A stretch of 64,000 bases of DNA from Glycera tridactyla (Eukaryota). Position 1 is the first letter of the stretch; each line of letters starts with the position of its first letter. A program made the translations under genes and the position numbers. Positions 1 to 12,400 of the stretch are shown piece by piece. The notes under the pieces are model-generated. The model worked only from the letters and a program-made list of their open reading frames with translations. It did not search any database and was not told where the DNA came from. The stretch lies in the NCBI GenBank assembly GCA_965644265.1, contig OZ286465.1:8556001-8620000 (forward strand), written 5' to 3'.

Positions 1-413
1 ACCCTTTCAATGCAAGTTGCTATAGGTCAAAGATCAAAGGTCACAGGTGTAAGTTTTAGATTTTTTCTACTCACTTTGACTCAAGCTACTATTTCTAAGC
101 CAACCAAGCAAGCAACTTAAAGAAATTTTTCTAAAAACATGGCCTGCTGTCATGTGCGGGGATCTTGTCCCTCTATTGCCTCGTTCTCGCACCTCAATAT
201 GTTGGTCATTCATACAATCAGCTTACTGTTTCCTGTGATTGCAGTTTCTCCTGGTTTTCACTTTAAGACGCTGTCACTAATACAAGTAGTATCGTTGACC
301 ATAATTGTTATTTACCATGAAAGAAAACATTGATAATTAGTGTCATTAGTGTGAGGGATGATACTAGTCTACATTTGCATGTGGTTGAGGCATGTGAGAT
401 TGTATAATTTCAG

Positions 414-497
414 GAATACATTCATGTGATCAGTCGCCCGATGGTGATAGAGCGTGACTATCGCACTACGTGGACCAGTGTATATATTGATGCCGCG
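414..497 (+). CDS. CACNA2D3: alpha2delta exon: [28 protein letters not shown] (phase 0-0)
   Basis: tttcag acceptor, gtaggt donor; matches the end-of-VWA EYLHVLSRPMV..WT.AY.D motif. Confidence 0.93.
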
Positions 498-3400
498 GTA
501 GGTCTTGCTCTGCACCCTTCTTCCATGATGACGATGTTGATGATGAAGAGGCACATGTCTCTCATGTCATCTTTTTCACCCTGTAGCAGTTGATCGCAAC
601 CAGCAGATTGGATTCTGTTGCTAATTGCTTCCATCCTCACCCCCTGGCACTGCTCATTAGTTCATAGTTGATGTCAGTTAGAACATGTGAGGTTTGACAT
701 CCTGATGATCGCAGAGTACAAACATGCTTCCCAATGTCTCATTATTATCGGGTCAAGATAGTTGAGCCCATTAATCTGTCTGGTCGATTCCGCCCAAAGG
801 CAACAGATGAAAACCGACTTAATCCAACATTGTTTGGATCACTTTTCGACCCAGTGGTTCCTCTATCCAGCACACAGCTCATCTGCATCACAGGTGCAGC
901 AAGATTTTCATTCAACGATAATCTGCAATTTTGATGCAATGGACTTATAAGGTTATAAGGATATCATGCAGACTGCTGCACTCATCAGATTACTCACTGA
1001 AAAGCTCTGAAACTGAGTGGGACATCCAGATGTGGTCACTGGTGAGGAAGCTCTCCATCTGCCCCCCCCCCCCCCCCAACGTAGAAGGTGAAATTTCATC
1101 AGATTCACCCAGATGTGATGTTAGCCTGGTGTAGCTGTTCAGCTACATACCTGACCTACATATTCCATGCACTAAACATGCATATGTTATTCGGATGAGA
1201 TCATGATATCTAGAAATGGTTCTACTCGGTTATCATCAGAATCATGACCTGATGTTCAGTCATGTATTCATGCCACACCAATCATGACTTCCACAGAGGT
1301 CCTAATTAAAATGAAAAAAAAAAGGTACATCCTCTTTATGGATGGCTGGATGATATTTTCGAAATTTTAGACTATGCAATGGTCATGAAAATCAAGTGTG
1401 ACATGAAATGATGGCCAACTTTGTGATCACTTTTACAGTACTGATGTATATATCACGGAATAGCTCCATGATTTAGTTTGGTTAGTTTAGTACCGGACAG
1501 AGCATCTGTCCTTGATTGACTCCATCTCAGTTGTTCCTGATAAGAATATTTGGCCGAACTAAGTGATGTTCATTATCCGTGATGAGACACTAGTGCTGTG
1601 AAAGTAGAATAACTGACATCTATGTCGTTGTAAGCCTTGTTGTACTTTTGTCCATGATTTGTCTATTGTAGTTTGGATATTGTAAAGTGTGTGTCCTCAT
1701 CTGCAATGCAAGGGTCTGTCTGACACTGTATCTACTCTACCAAACAAATGTGTCATATTTCCTGATAAAATGTGAGATTGCTCCTCTCATGTGTTTTCAA
1801 TCAGGCTATCTGTGATATGTTATTTTGAAAGTTAAACCTGCAATGTTGTCGCAAAGATGGCATTATCATTTGACTTTTTCGTCGGTACAATCATGAGCCT
1901 CATACATGTAGGTGCCATGTTTGGTAGGCTTTAAATTCAATTACCCCATAATCACCATATGACCAGTATGTGATGATGACAATCCTCTGGTATTTGCGAG
2001 TGAGATTTTTGCATGGTTTCAATTCAATCATCATTGTATTTATCATGATATCATGCAACTATTGTCTGATATTCCTTAAGGCGGTTGAGTCCCAAAAACA
2101 CATCTTGCAGTATTGTTCAAGCAATAAATTCATCAATCTTGAACCCAGTAGCAGCAAGTTGGAAAGGGCGGCCATGAAATAGGCCCCTGTTATGTCAGAT
2201 TCATATTTGTATGTAAGAAAAGAGCTACTTCAATCAGGATGTAATGTATTGAATCTATGCTATATCATTCCAGTAATGATGATCATTCTTATATCAGTGA
2301 CAATTGATCACCCAATCTCAAACAGGCCCAGACACTTGTATGCTGAAGGACCGGTACTGTCATCCCATTTGTTTCAACTTCCTGACAAGCTTCAAGTCCA
2401 GCAGGTGTAGTTGAGAAAATTTGAATTTGTCAACATTGAATATTGTTGGATAGTTCCAATTTCCATCTACTGGGGATATTGGCCAGTAACATTAGATTCC
2501 ATTCGAAGGAATGTCAAAGATTGAGACCAACTCACAAAATATTGAGTCATGTCTTGATAATGTTGGCAATATTAGATGAAGGTTGTCGTTGACATCCTTG
2601 ATGTATATCTTTTGAGATAAGGAGAGTGTATACATCATTGACTAACCTCAAACTGAGGCAATTTGGCAGATCCTCTTCTACATCATCAGTCCCAACTGTG
2701 AAACATTGTCAGTTTATATGAGGTACTCATTATAATGCCTTGAGAATATTCTGTTTTTGTTGTGCATCATTCCATGGTAGGGAGTCAACAAAGTTGCTAC
2801 TTCTCCGTCTGAAGATGCCTCTCTAATCTGCCTGTTATTCTCTGTGGCAGCTCTTCATACAAGCTGCAAATCACTCTGCACAACTCTTATGCATCTGTCT
2901 ATGACAGGGGAAAAAACAAATCACAATTCCCAACAAATGATTTCATCTGATCTAGTCTAGCATGCATATGAGTAGACATCTTGATTTGTTGCAGAACTAC
3001 TCAACCAACTATCCATCTTAAGAATTCTGAGATGAGAGAGCAATTTTCAGCTACTATGTTTGCTGAAGTGAATAGATTATTAAGATAAACTTCACTCATC
3101 ATGTTTGAGATAAAATCGTCATCCGACAATTGAAAATGTGCAATATTCATTTTAGGATTTGCCATATAGTTTTCTGTTTGGATACGATGAAACTCCAGAG
3201 TTTTCACTGCATGTATCGGCAAGACACTGTGAATCAGATGATTGTACATGAAATGCAATAATTGATTTCAAAAACTTCTCCTGCTGGGTTTACTACACAA
3301 TAGGATATATGCTGATGTAAATCTACTGACTTTTTTATGTTCTATTCTCTTGTCAAAATGGTATACTTGTGTATCTGGCAGTAGAAGCTCACTGAGAAGC

Positions 3401-6400
3401 TTCACAAACCGGTATCAAAAACCATTTATAAGTATTGGTTCTTACATGGTGATGTGCACAGGGGTATCGACCCACCATGGATTATCTAGTTTCTAATGCT
3501 GTCTTCTCATTATACCAATCATGATGTAACTAACAGAACTATCTTTCTCTATGATACACAAGCATCTCAAGTGCTTGAATGATGTGGAGCTAATGCATGC
3601 TGCTTCTGCCTCAATTCTTGCCGTGTTGTACACTTGTCCTCCTGCTTTCTGTAGTCGTATATTAGTACACTCAGTCGACCCAAGACTAGGCTGCACCCCA
3701 ATCAACATCACGAGACCTGGACGTCTGCTTACGGTGATCTTCTGGTCTCGCCTGATCAATCTCAGGTACAGTTGTAATGCACCTGCATGTGTTATGTCTC
3801 GATAACTTCATGACTATATCATGACTGCCACTGAATAGTGGGAATGAGTCAATCCAACCTGATTTGTATCATCAAAGTGCAAAAATGAATTCCAGATTAG
3901 CATCTAAATTCCTTCAGGAGCTCGGATCTGTTTGAACTAAATAATGCAACTGCATATTGCTGGTTTTTGTCAGTTTGTTTGCATCAGTTATAGCCATCGC
4001 CCATCAGAAGATGAGCAAAGTATTAGCTGATATTATCTGTAGGATACCTTGATCAGCACAAACTGAGGTTGATTACTCCATATTCCATGATCTCACTCTA
4101 TTAATCGTATGTGACTAATTCCACTCATGGCCGTGAGAATGGAGACTTTCTTTGGCAGTACATTGTAGTCATCACGAGGCAATCTCTTTCCCACTCAGCA
4201 TGATTCTCTTCAGTCATACCAGTGTGCATTGCATGCCTATTTCACCTTCCATACATTTTTTTTATGAATTGGTTGCATGCTTCCATAGGCGTGAATAAAA
4301 CTTATTTCATCTCGTTCACATCCTATATATATATGTGTGTGTGTGTGTGTGAAGCCTTCAACTACTGTTTGATATGCCACTATTGTATGTCATTGATTTC
4401 AGAGAAAAAAACATGTGACATGATGTCTATTTTTTGTTTTCAATGAAATACATGGAATGTAAATTGATATGTATCTTCATCGCCACTGAAATATGATATT
4501 GATTTGAAAGCTTTTTACATATTCAGCCAGATTATACATGGCCAGTAGTCACTGTGGTGTGAGTAGTAGGTGCGTAAAAATATGGAATAGCATCTGTAAT
4601 TCAGTGAAGCATATAGTAAATTCATATAATTAGTTTCAGCCAGAGGAAAGTAATGTTTTTCTCAAAAACCCTATATGAGGATGCTGGCGATATTTGGCAT
4701 TATTTGAATATGTATTACCCATACTCTCATTCTTCTTATAAATGAAGCTGGTTCCTGTAATATCAACAACTTGAGCAGTGCCCTAGATTAATTGCAATTT
4801 TGAATTGCCTCCGATATTTCTCAGCAGACTCGGCAATGGAGAGAGAATTTACATGCCAATTGATGGTATACTGCTCAGTGATCTGATTGTCCTAATCCCT
4901 ACTGTCTCAAAGATCAATAGATCTTGGAAAAGAGAACTGATGACAGACTTTTTGTCGCTTGGTATAAACCCTAATCTGTTGGAAGAAATATTCAATAGCA
5001 CTGTGAGGAATCACTCAAGGAATCACTAAGGAATCACACAATAATTATCGGCCCAACCTTCAGACTGACTTTCTCTTATAGGAGTGTATTGCACCAATAA
5101 AGTAATCACCTGGTATGGTGATCATCGAATCATACTGTTTATGGTATATTGGAGTTCAAAATGTCAAGTTTATCTTTGTTTCACTACTCTGACATGGCTA
5201 TAGAGAGAGTGGTTTCCTGAAGAGACCACACACGTAAGCATGCGCGAAACCTTTCTTCTCCAGCTAGTTATGCTCAACTTAGATAGTGAGCACATCTAAT
5301 CTAGGAGAGTAAAACTTTGCGATGTATGAAGTATACATTTTTCATGATAATTGTAGACTTCGGTCTAACATTCCAACATTATCTCAAAACTGAATGACAT
5401 CTCGGTGAAGTTATAGTGGTAAATCTTGAACATTTCTGGGTTTCATTTATCAAGGTCATTTTTGGATCCTACTCTCAGCAAACCATCTATGACTTAATAG
5501 CTATAAAAGGTGTATACACATTTATGGTGTTTCCCCTCGGTCTGTCAGCTGTAGTAATTTGTGAATTCCAAATCATTGAAAGTGAAGCGTGTCCTGACTA
5601 TTTTGGTGAACATTGATATCATATAAGTAGCAGAGCTTCTATGATATTTGCAGTGATGGACATCCGGAAAATTGCTTATTTGAGAATTGGTGTGCTTGTC
5701 GTAAAGACACACTGCTGTCTTGAGTATCAAAGAAATAGCCTAAGACTGAGTATGTATAAATCTTTCATAAAAATTAGTTATAATAGCGCCCTGATCTGTG
5801 ATCTGCAAGTTAGCATAACTAAAGGAGAGACTTACTATCCAATGTTGTCTTGTCTTGTAGGATGTGTTTGGACCACCTGTCAAACACAGGATGATCACTT
5901 CAATGTCTAAAACATGCACCCATTTCACACATGCACAGAGTATCCATACACACAGATGTCCACCTACATACTAGAACACACACTCATGCATGTACATTTA
6001 CATATACATCCTCCTACACATGGTGCCATTGTCACAGGTGTTATATTGCTCATAGAGCATAATATATTGGTTTACACTCGACACCGACACCTAATGTCAC
6101 CTGAGGCAATCATATGCCTTTTTATGCTTGCCAGCGATCTGTGCAAACTCACAATGCATGGCCATTTCAAAATTGATCTATCGAGTATGATAATGCCAGA
6201 TGCAATGTAATTTTACATTTTGCTCCTTTCAAAACCATGAATATCTCACGTCCATTGGCAGGTGAATACCATAGAGATCAAGGTAATAATTTGAAACTGA
6301 ATTAGTTGATGGTGAGATGATGATCCACGCATTTGTCTGGCTATTTTATCATTTACACTCAGACGTCTGATATTGGCTTTAATGCTGCCTATCCTGAGTG

Positions 6401-9400
6401 ACGTAACATATTTCAATTTTGTTTGCATGAAAAATTTCTCTGTCCACATGATATCTATGGTGATGATATCTATTGGTAGAATATTCTTCATATGGTGCTC
6501 AACATCGATCAGACATAATACTGAAGTTTCATATCAGAACTGTTCGACACAGTTCAATGTAATTATGGGTGACCAACTTGTTCAGAATGTATATATTTGT
6601 GCAAGCCACCCAGATAACACCGGAATGGGGTGCAACATGACAATCATGGTGTGGGACATCAAGTCGTTCATAATTCATATTATCGATTTTGAATGGATTA
6701 CACAAGAAACGGGGGATAACTGAGGTAATACTTGATCTTTATACATTTCAATATGCATCAGAAGGTGCTGGCAGAATTGTTTTCATTCAGGACATTTTCC
6801 ACCCATTATCTGGTGATTAGGATATCTCCTAAGCTCTTATTGACATACGATTATGAAAATATAGATATGAATGAGATGTTATCTTGATGTTCAACATATT
6901 ACTCCAGGAAATTACTATTATGCTAGTCATGTAGAAATCATGTGATGATTCATCGAGAGATACTGAAATTATGATGATCTTTCACATTGCCCTTTGTTGC
7001 ATTTGAATTTGGTTGGTGCCTTTTATTGTTTAATGTTTTCATATACTTTTATTTCAGCAACAACTCTACCTGTTGATATAGATCATGATCAGTCAGAAAA
7101 GTGTTATACTGAATCATGTTGCAATGATTGTTATTTCTTTGATATTTGTTGTGACCATTGATCACCATTGTTTCAGAAATTCTTGGATCCCAAACACTTC
7201 TACAAACAATTCAAACAGCGCAAAAAAGGCCAGGTAGACCACTTGTTTGGCCCCTTGCTGGCCACTGTTAGAATAAAATGATTAAGCCTCTCCACCAGAG
7301 TTTTTGACTCCTCCCCTAATGGAATTTACCTCACACCCACTGGAAGAGATCTGCTTGATTTATTAGAAGTGTTAGACCATAGAGAACTATGTCAACCCCT
7401 ACCTCTTGGCTATTTTTTCCAACTATTTGTATTGAATGGCCAATAATTTTGAATCCAGATGGAAGTATCTGTTTCATGGTCTTATACAATTTTGCTGAAA
7501 GCTTTGATGTTTTATTTTTTCTGTCCTACTACTTTCTTGACTATACTCATTATTCCATACTAATTAATTCCATGCGTGAAAGTCTTTCTAATATCCCTCA
7601 ATATTTCTCCTGAATGTTCGTGGTGGTAGTCTCAAGGTTGGTGAAGGGAATCAGTGATCATGGTGACGGCAGCCTGAGCTTGCACTCTACAACCAGGTCA
7701 ACACAGTCTGATCTCAATTCATCAGCCACAAGCTAATGCCACAACAGGCTGACCACATGCATGATTAGAGTGCCAACTGACATGAGAACATCAACAGACA
7801 AACATTGACTGCTAACAGCAGATTAGAACTGTGGTCAGATTTGATAAATGTACATGATGATGTATGCCAGTCTCCAGGTTCTGCTTTTATATTTGATTTT
7901 GGCAGGATTCTTGATTTACACATCTTTGAGCATCCACATTTTTGGCCCTAATTTAATTATTTTTTCTATCATATTTGGGATGGAGATATTTTGCGTCTGA
8001 TCTGGCTAGACTCAGCCTCATTATTGACTTGAGTTAGGAGGATCCATGGCATGGATGACTGTCAAACATGCTGCTGAATGATAATATATGGCATGGATGG
8101 CTGTCAAACATGCTGCTGAATGATAATATATGGCATGGATGGCTGTCAAACATGCTGCTGAATGATAATATATGGCATGGATGACTGTCAAACATGCTGC
8201 TGAATGATAATATATGGCATGGATGGCTGTCAAACATGCTGCTGAATGATAATATATGGCATGGATGGCTGTCAAACATGCTGCTGAATGATAATATATG
8301 GCATGGATGGCTGTCAAACATGCTGCTGAATGATAATATATGGCATGGGTGACTGTCAAACATGCTGCTGAATGATAATATATGGCATGGATGACTGTCA
8401 AACATGCTGCTGAATGATAATATATGGCATGGATGGCTGTCAAACATGCTGCTGAATGATAATATATGGCATGGATGGCTGTCAAACATGCTGCTGAATG
8501 ATAATATATGGCATGGATGGCTGTCAAACATGCTGCTGAATGATAATATATGGCATGGGTGACTGTCAAACATGCTGCTGAATGATAATATATGGCATGG
8601 ATGGCTGTCAAACATGCTGCTGAATGATAATATATGGCATGGATGGCTGTCAAACATGCTGCTGAATGATAATATATGGCATGGATGGCTGTCAAACATG
8701 CTGCTGAATGATAATATATGGCATGGATGGCTGTCAAACATGCTGCTGAATGATAATATATGGCATGGATGGCTGTCAAACATGCTGCTGAATGATAATA
8801 TATGGCATGGGTGACTGTCAAACATGCTGCTGAATGATAATATATGGCATGGATGGCTGTCAAACATGCTGCTGAATGATAATATATGGCATGGATGGCT
8901 GTCAAACATGCTCCTGAATGATAATTTCGTGTTCAGTTTGCACTCAAACTATTCCTGGATAGAAAAGGGGCAAACATTTACTGCATAGGTGATGATTATT
9001 CATGCACTGGTTCCCAGAGCGAATTTTCATGCGTTAATCGTATAAAAAGAAGTTGATAAGACGAGGGGTAAAGTTTCTTTGTTTGTCATGGCATTTTGAA
9101 ATGAGTTTCATCAGGCAATTTTGCATCTTTCGAAGTTTGTTCAGGTCAAGGTATTGAGCGAATAAATGCATTTCTAGATGAGTTTTCAATGAATATTCCA
9201 TTCCGACAGATCAAATTGGTTCGGTTATACCAGTCTCATCTGATTTCTGGTTCTGCTTCTGGTTCTAGTTGAAAATGAAGAGGAGAGGTATGATACAATG
9301 GTGCCACTCTGGAAGCATCCACTCTTCCTCATACAAGAGCAACCCCGCAAGAGATCCCATTCTCACAAAGGGGTTCACTATAATTCAAAGCAGAGTATTA

Positions 9401-12400
9401 GATTTCAAGACTGATGATTTCCTGAAGTGCAAAATTCGATTTGTGATTGACATTTGGCTAAATCATCCAAGAGCTAGATGAATATCTGCCACCCACATCT
9501 GGATGGTTATGGTGATGATATAAGAGTAGATTCTATTAGAAAGGTGCATTTTGTTGTCATTTTTCCTAGAGGAATCGGTCGAAGAAACATGAAATTACAT
9601 TGAGTGATGGGTGTGTGTGTGTGTGTGTGTGTGTGCATGTTTGTGCATGCTTGTGTATGTGGGTATGGATGTGCATTNNNNNNNNNNNNNNNNNNNNNNN
9701 NNNNNNNNNNNNNNNNNNNNNNNNNNNNNNNNNNNNNNNNNNNNNNNNNNNNNNNNNNNNNNNNNNNNNNNNNNNNNNNNNNNNNNNNNNNNNNNNNNNN
9801 NNNNNNNNNNNNNNNNNNNNNNNNNNNNNNNNNNGATTTTGTGTGGATGCATGTATGTATGAGGGAAAAGTCCACGCTAGGTCAACACTGAGTTGTCAAC
9901 CATATAGTTCTGAGTGGGCTAAGGCTGTGGTCATTGAAACCTATGAGAATACTGGCACTGAGTCATATCATAATACATCCATGTTAGCTTACACCAGGAC
10001 TTGCACACAGATGATGTCAGATAACCTATCAGCATCCAAATTACGAACACGAGGGCGCTCATGTTTATCAGTATGAAGCAATACTTAACATGGGCCCAGA
10101 TACAATCAGCATCATTGGACTGCACATGGAATGCATTCTTCACCTCTCCTTGTCATTGGTCGATCACATTCTCATTCAAATACACTGACACTTTGCAATG
10201 GACTGGAGAAATGTCGCGACTACTAACTCTTGCAAATGACCTGTCCCTGTGAGAAACCTCGAGTTGCTATAGCCATACATCCAGTTCTTCTCACAGATGA
10301 TGTCACAACAGAGGGAGCATGCGCGTGTGCATCATCGCTGGTAGCTTTTTACAGGTGCCCACAGAGGAGAAAACAGTGAGAGATTTGGAGGTGATAAATG
10401 AAGACATAATAATACCCAGTTCCCTGCTTTTTATTCCATGTGCTGGTTTTGTAAGATGTGGACACTCTTATAGAATGTGCCAGGCTTGATTTAGCTGATA
10501 ACACTACTAATACCATTCATCGCAGTTGTTGATGAAAGCCTATTTCCTTGTTATTTTCAGAAATACTTGGATCCTCATTTACTGACCAATCCGAACATAA
10601 TGGGTGGTAGTGTACCGAATCCGGTTCTTAGGTACAATGAGCCAGAAGAAGAGCCTGAGACTGAGACTTATCAGTCAGTAGATGAGCAGGAAGAGGCACT
10701 AAATATTTCGTTTGCTGAGTCACGTAATGAAACTAATCCCCAATATAGCCCAACACCATCACCACAAGCACCACCTCCACCGCAACCACCACGACCTCTG
10801 CCTAAGACGGTAAGCGTTGTGGATGTCTGAGGGGTTGCTGTGTGTGCTGCCGCTGCCTCCTCCTCCTCCTCCTCCTCCTAACACGTGTGTAGCTTGTTGT
10901 GACACGCCAGACACATAGCAAACATTCTGTGTAATCGTCCTAATGTTTTGTAGCTCCAAACCGCTGTCATTACATTGTAGTGAGTTTTGGTCCATTTTAT
11001 AAAGTCTAATAACACTGCTACGCCAGCTAACTAGTTGAGCACTCACTCAAACTTCATTCTTTGCAGCTATTCTCAGGCAAATCTGGTGAAACTAGACTTC
11101 GAAGGATCACCACCCTTTTGCGACAAAGCTATTGCTTGAAATTCACATAGATATTTTCATTATAAAGATCCATCTAGACCTACTACTGAAAATAATACTC
11201 AATAGGGTGGCCAAATATTGAAGTATCTTGAGCGAATTTCTATTCCTATTGCGTGGCCATTCTGTCTTAATTCTTTAATATAAGTGTTGAACTCATAGTC
11301 TAGAAAGTTCGTTCGATGTCAGATTCATGTACATGTTGATGTCAATTGTACAGGAGCGCCTCCTTCTGACAACACACCCCTCTTATTCCCTGCCTAGCTT
11401 ATATGTTGGGTAAGAGCATCCCATCAAGTCATTATGGATAACAATTTGTCATCACATTCCTTAAGAATTTGGGATGGCAGTCATCTTGAGGAAAGACACT
11501 ATTTATATTCTGTTTGATTCAGTGCGACGGCACGTTTCAAGAAGCATTCATCTAAGGGTGGCTAAGTTGAAGTAGTTTCAAATTCGCAATCTTGGCATGA
11601 TCTAAACCAGATACAAATCTTATAGCAGATCTAAGTTCAATACTTACCTGGATATGGAGCCAAATATAATAGCCATACTGCCCAGCAAGCCTCGACCATT
11701 CTATATTGTTGTCAATACTGGCAACATCATCCTATTTGATTTACCACTGCTTCGGCATTTGTCCAGATGAGGATTCGGGACAGGACGTTTTCTCAATCAG
11801 CATCTCATGAATATCCAAAATTATGCAAACCAAGTCGACAGACTATTCAGGTCTAGTGAGGTGTCCTACACTTACCTGGTCTATCCCAGCCATCAAATAT
11901 GTTTTGAGTGAGTTGCACCATTTTCCCTAGTTAAAATTACCATTCCAGATTCTAGTCTGATGTAGATCTATATGTGCACTGCATTGAGAAACCATCACCC
12001 GTGACCTGTGAACATTTCAGTAGTGCTTTTCTGATATATGTTACCTAACGATTACCTAATGGTGATATACTAACAAATTGGCACTGTATATGACAAATAA
12101 TTGCATGAAACTTTGTTAGCATCTTCTGGTGTCCTCTCTCATTCAACATGATATCTGTATACTTGGTGACATAGAATCAACTGCCAGGGATGCTAAATAC
12201 TTTCATCAAAACAAAACCCATTCGTGAATCAATATAGACAATTGTGATGAAAAATTCTCATATGCCGTTACTAAAACATTTTGGCAAATAGTATATCAAA
12301 TTACATCCAAGCAATTCAGTGCATTGGTGGGAAAAGAGAAAACAGATGGCGATCAATGTTTTAAGAGATGTGTGAAACATATGATAAAGGCCACCTCAGG

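Noticed and set aside
1-200. ggtcaaagatcaaaggtcac motif typical of satellite-bearing dispersed elements
   Set aside because: Truncated by the window edge and no clear terminus; too little to call.
8021-8909. Two ~290-aa minus-strand ORFs
   Set aside because: Translations of the 42-bp minisatellite; 14-aa periodicity, no unique sequence or splice context.
9507-10076. ORFs containing X runs (also near 15.5, 16.7, 20.3, 23.7, 34.2, 35.4 and 38.6 kb)
   Set aside because: Open only because they cross N-gaps or dinucleotide repeats.
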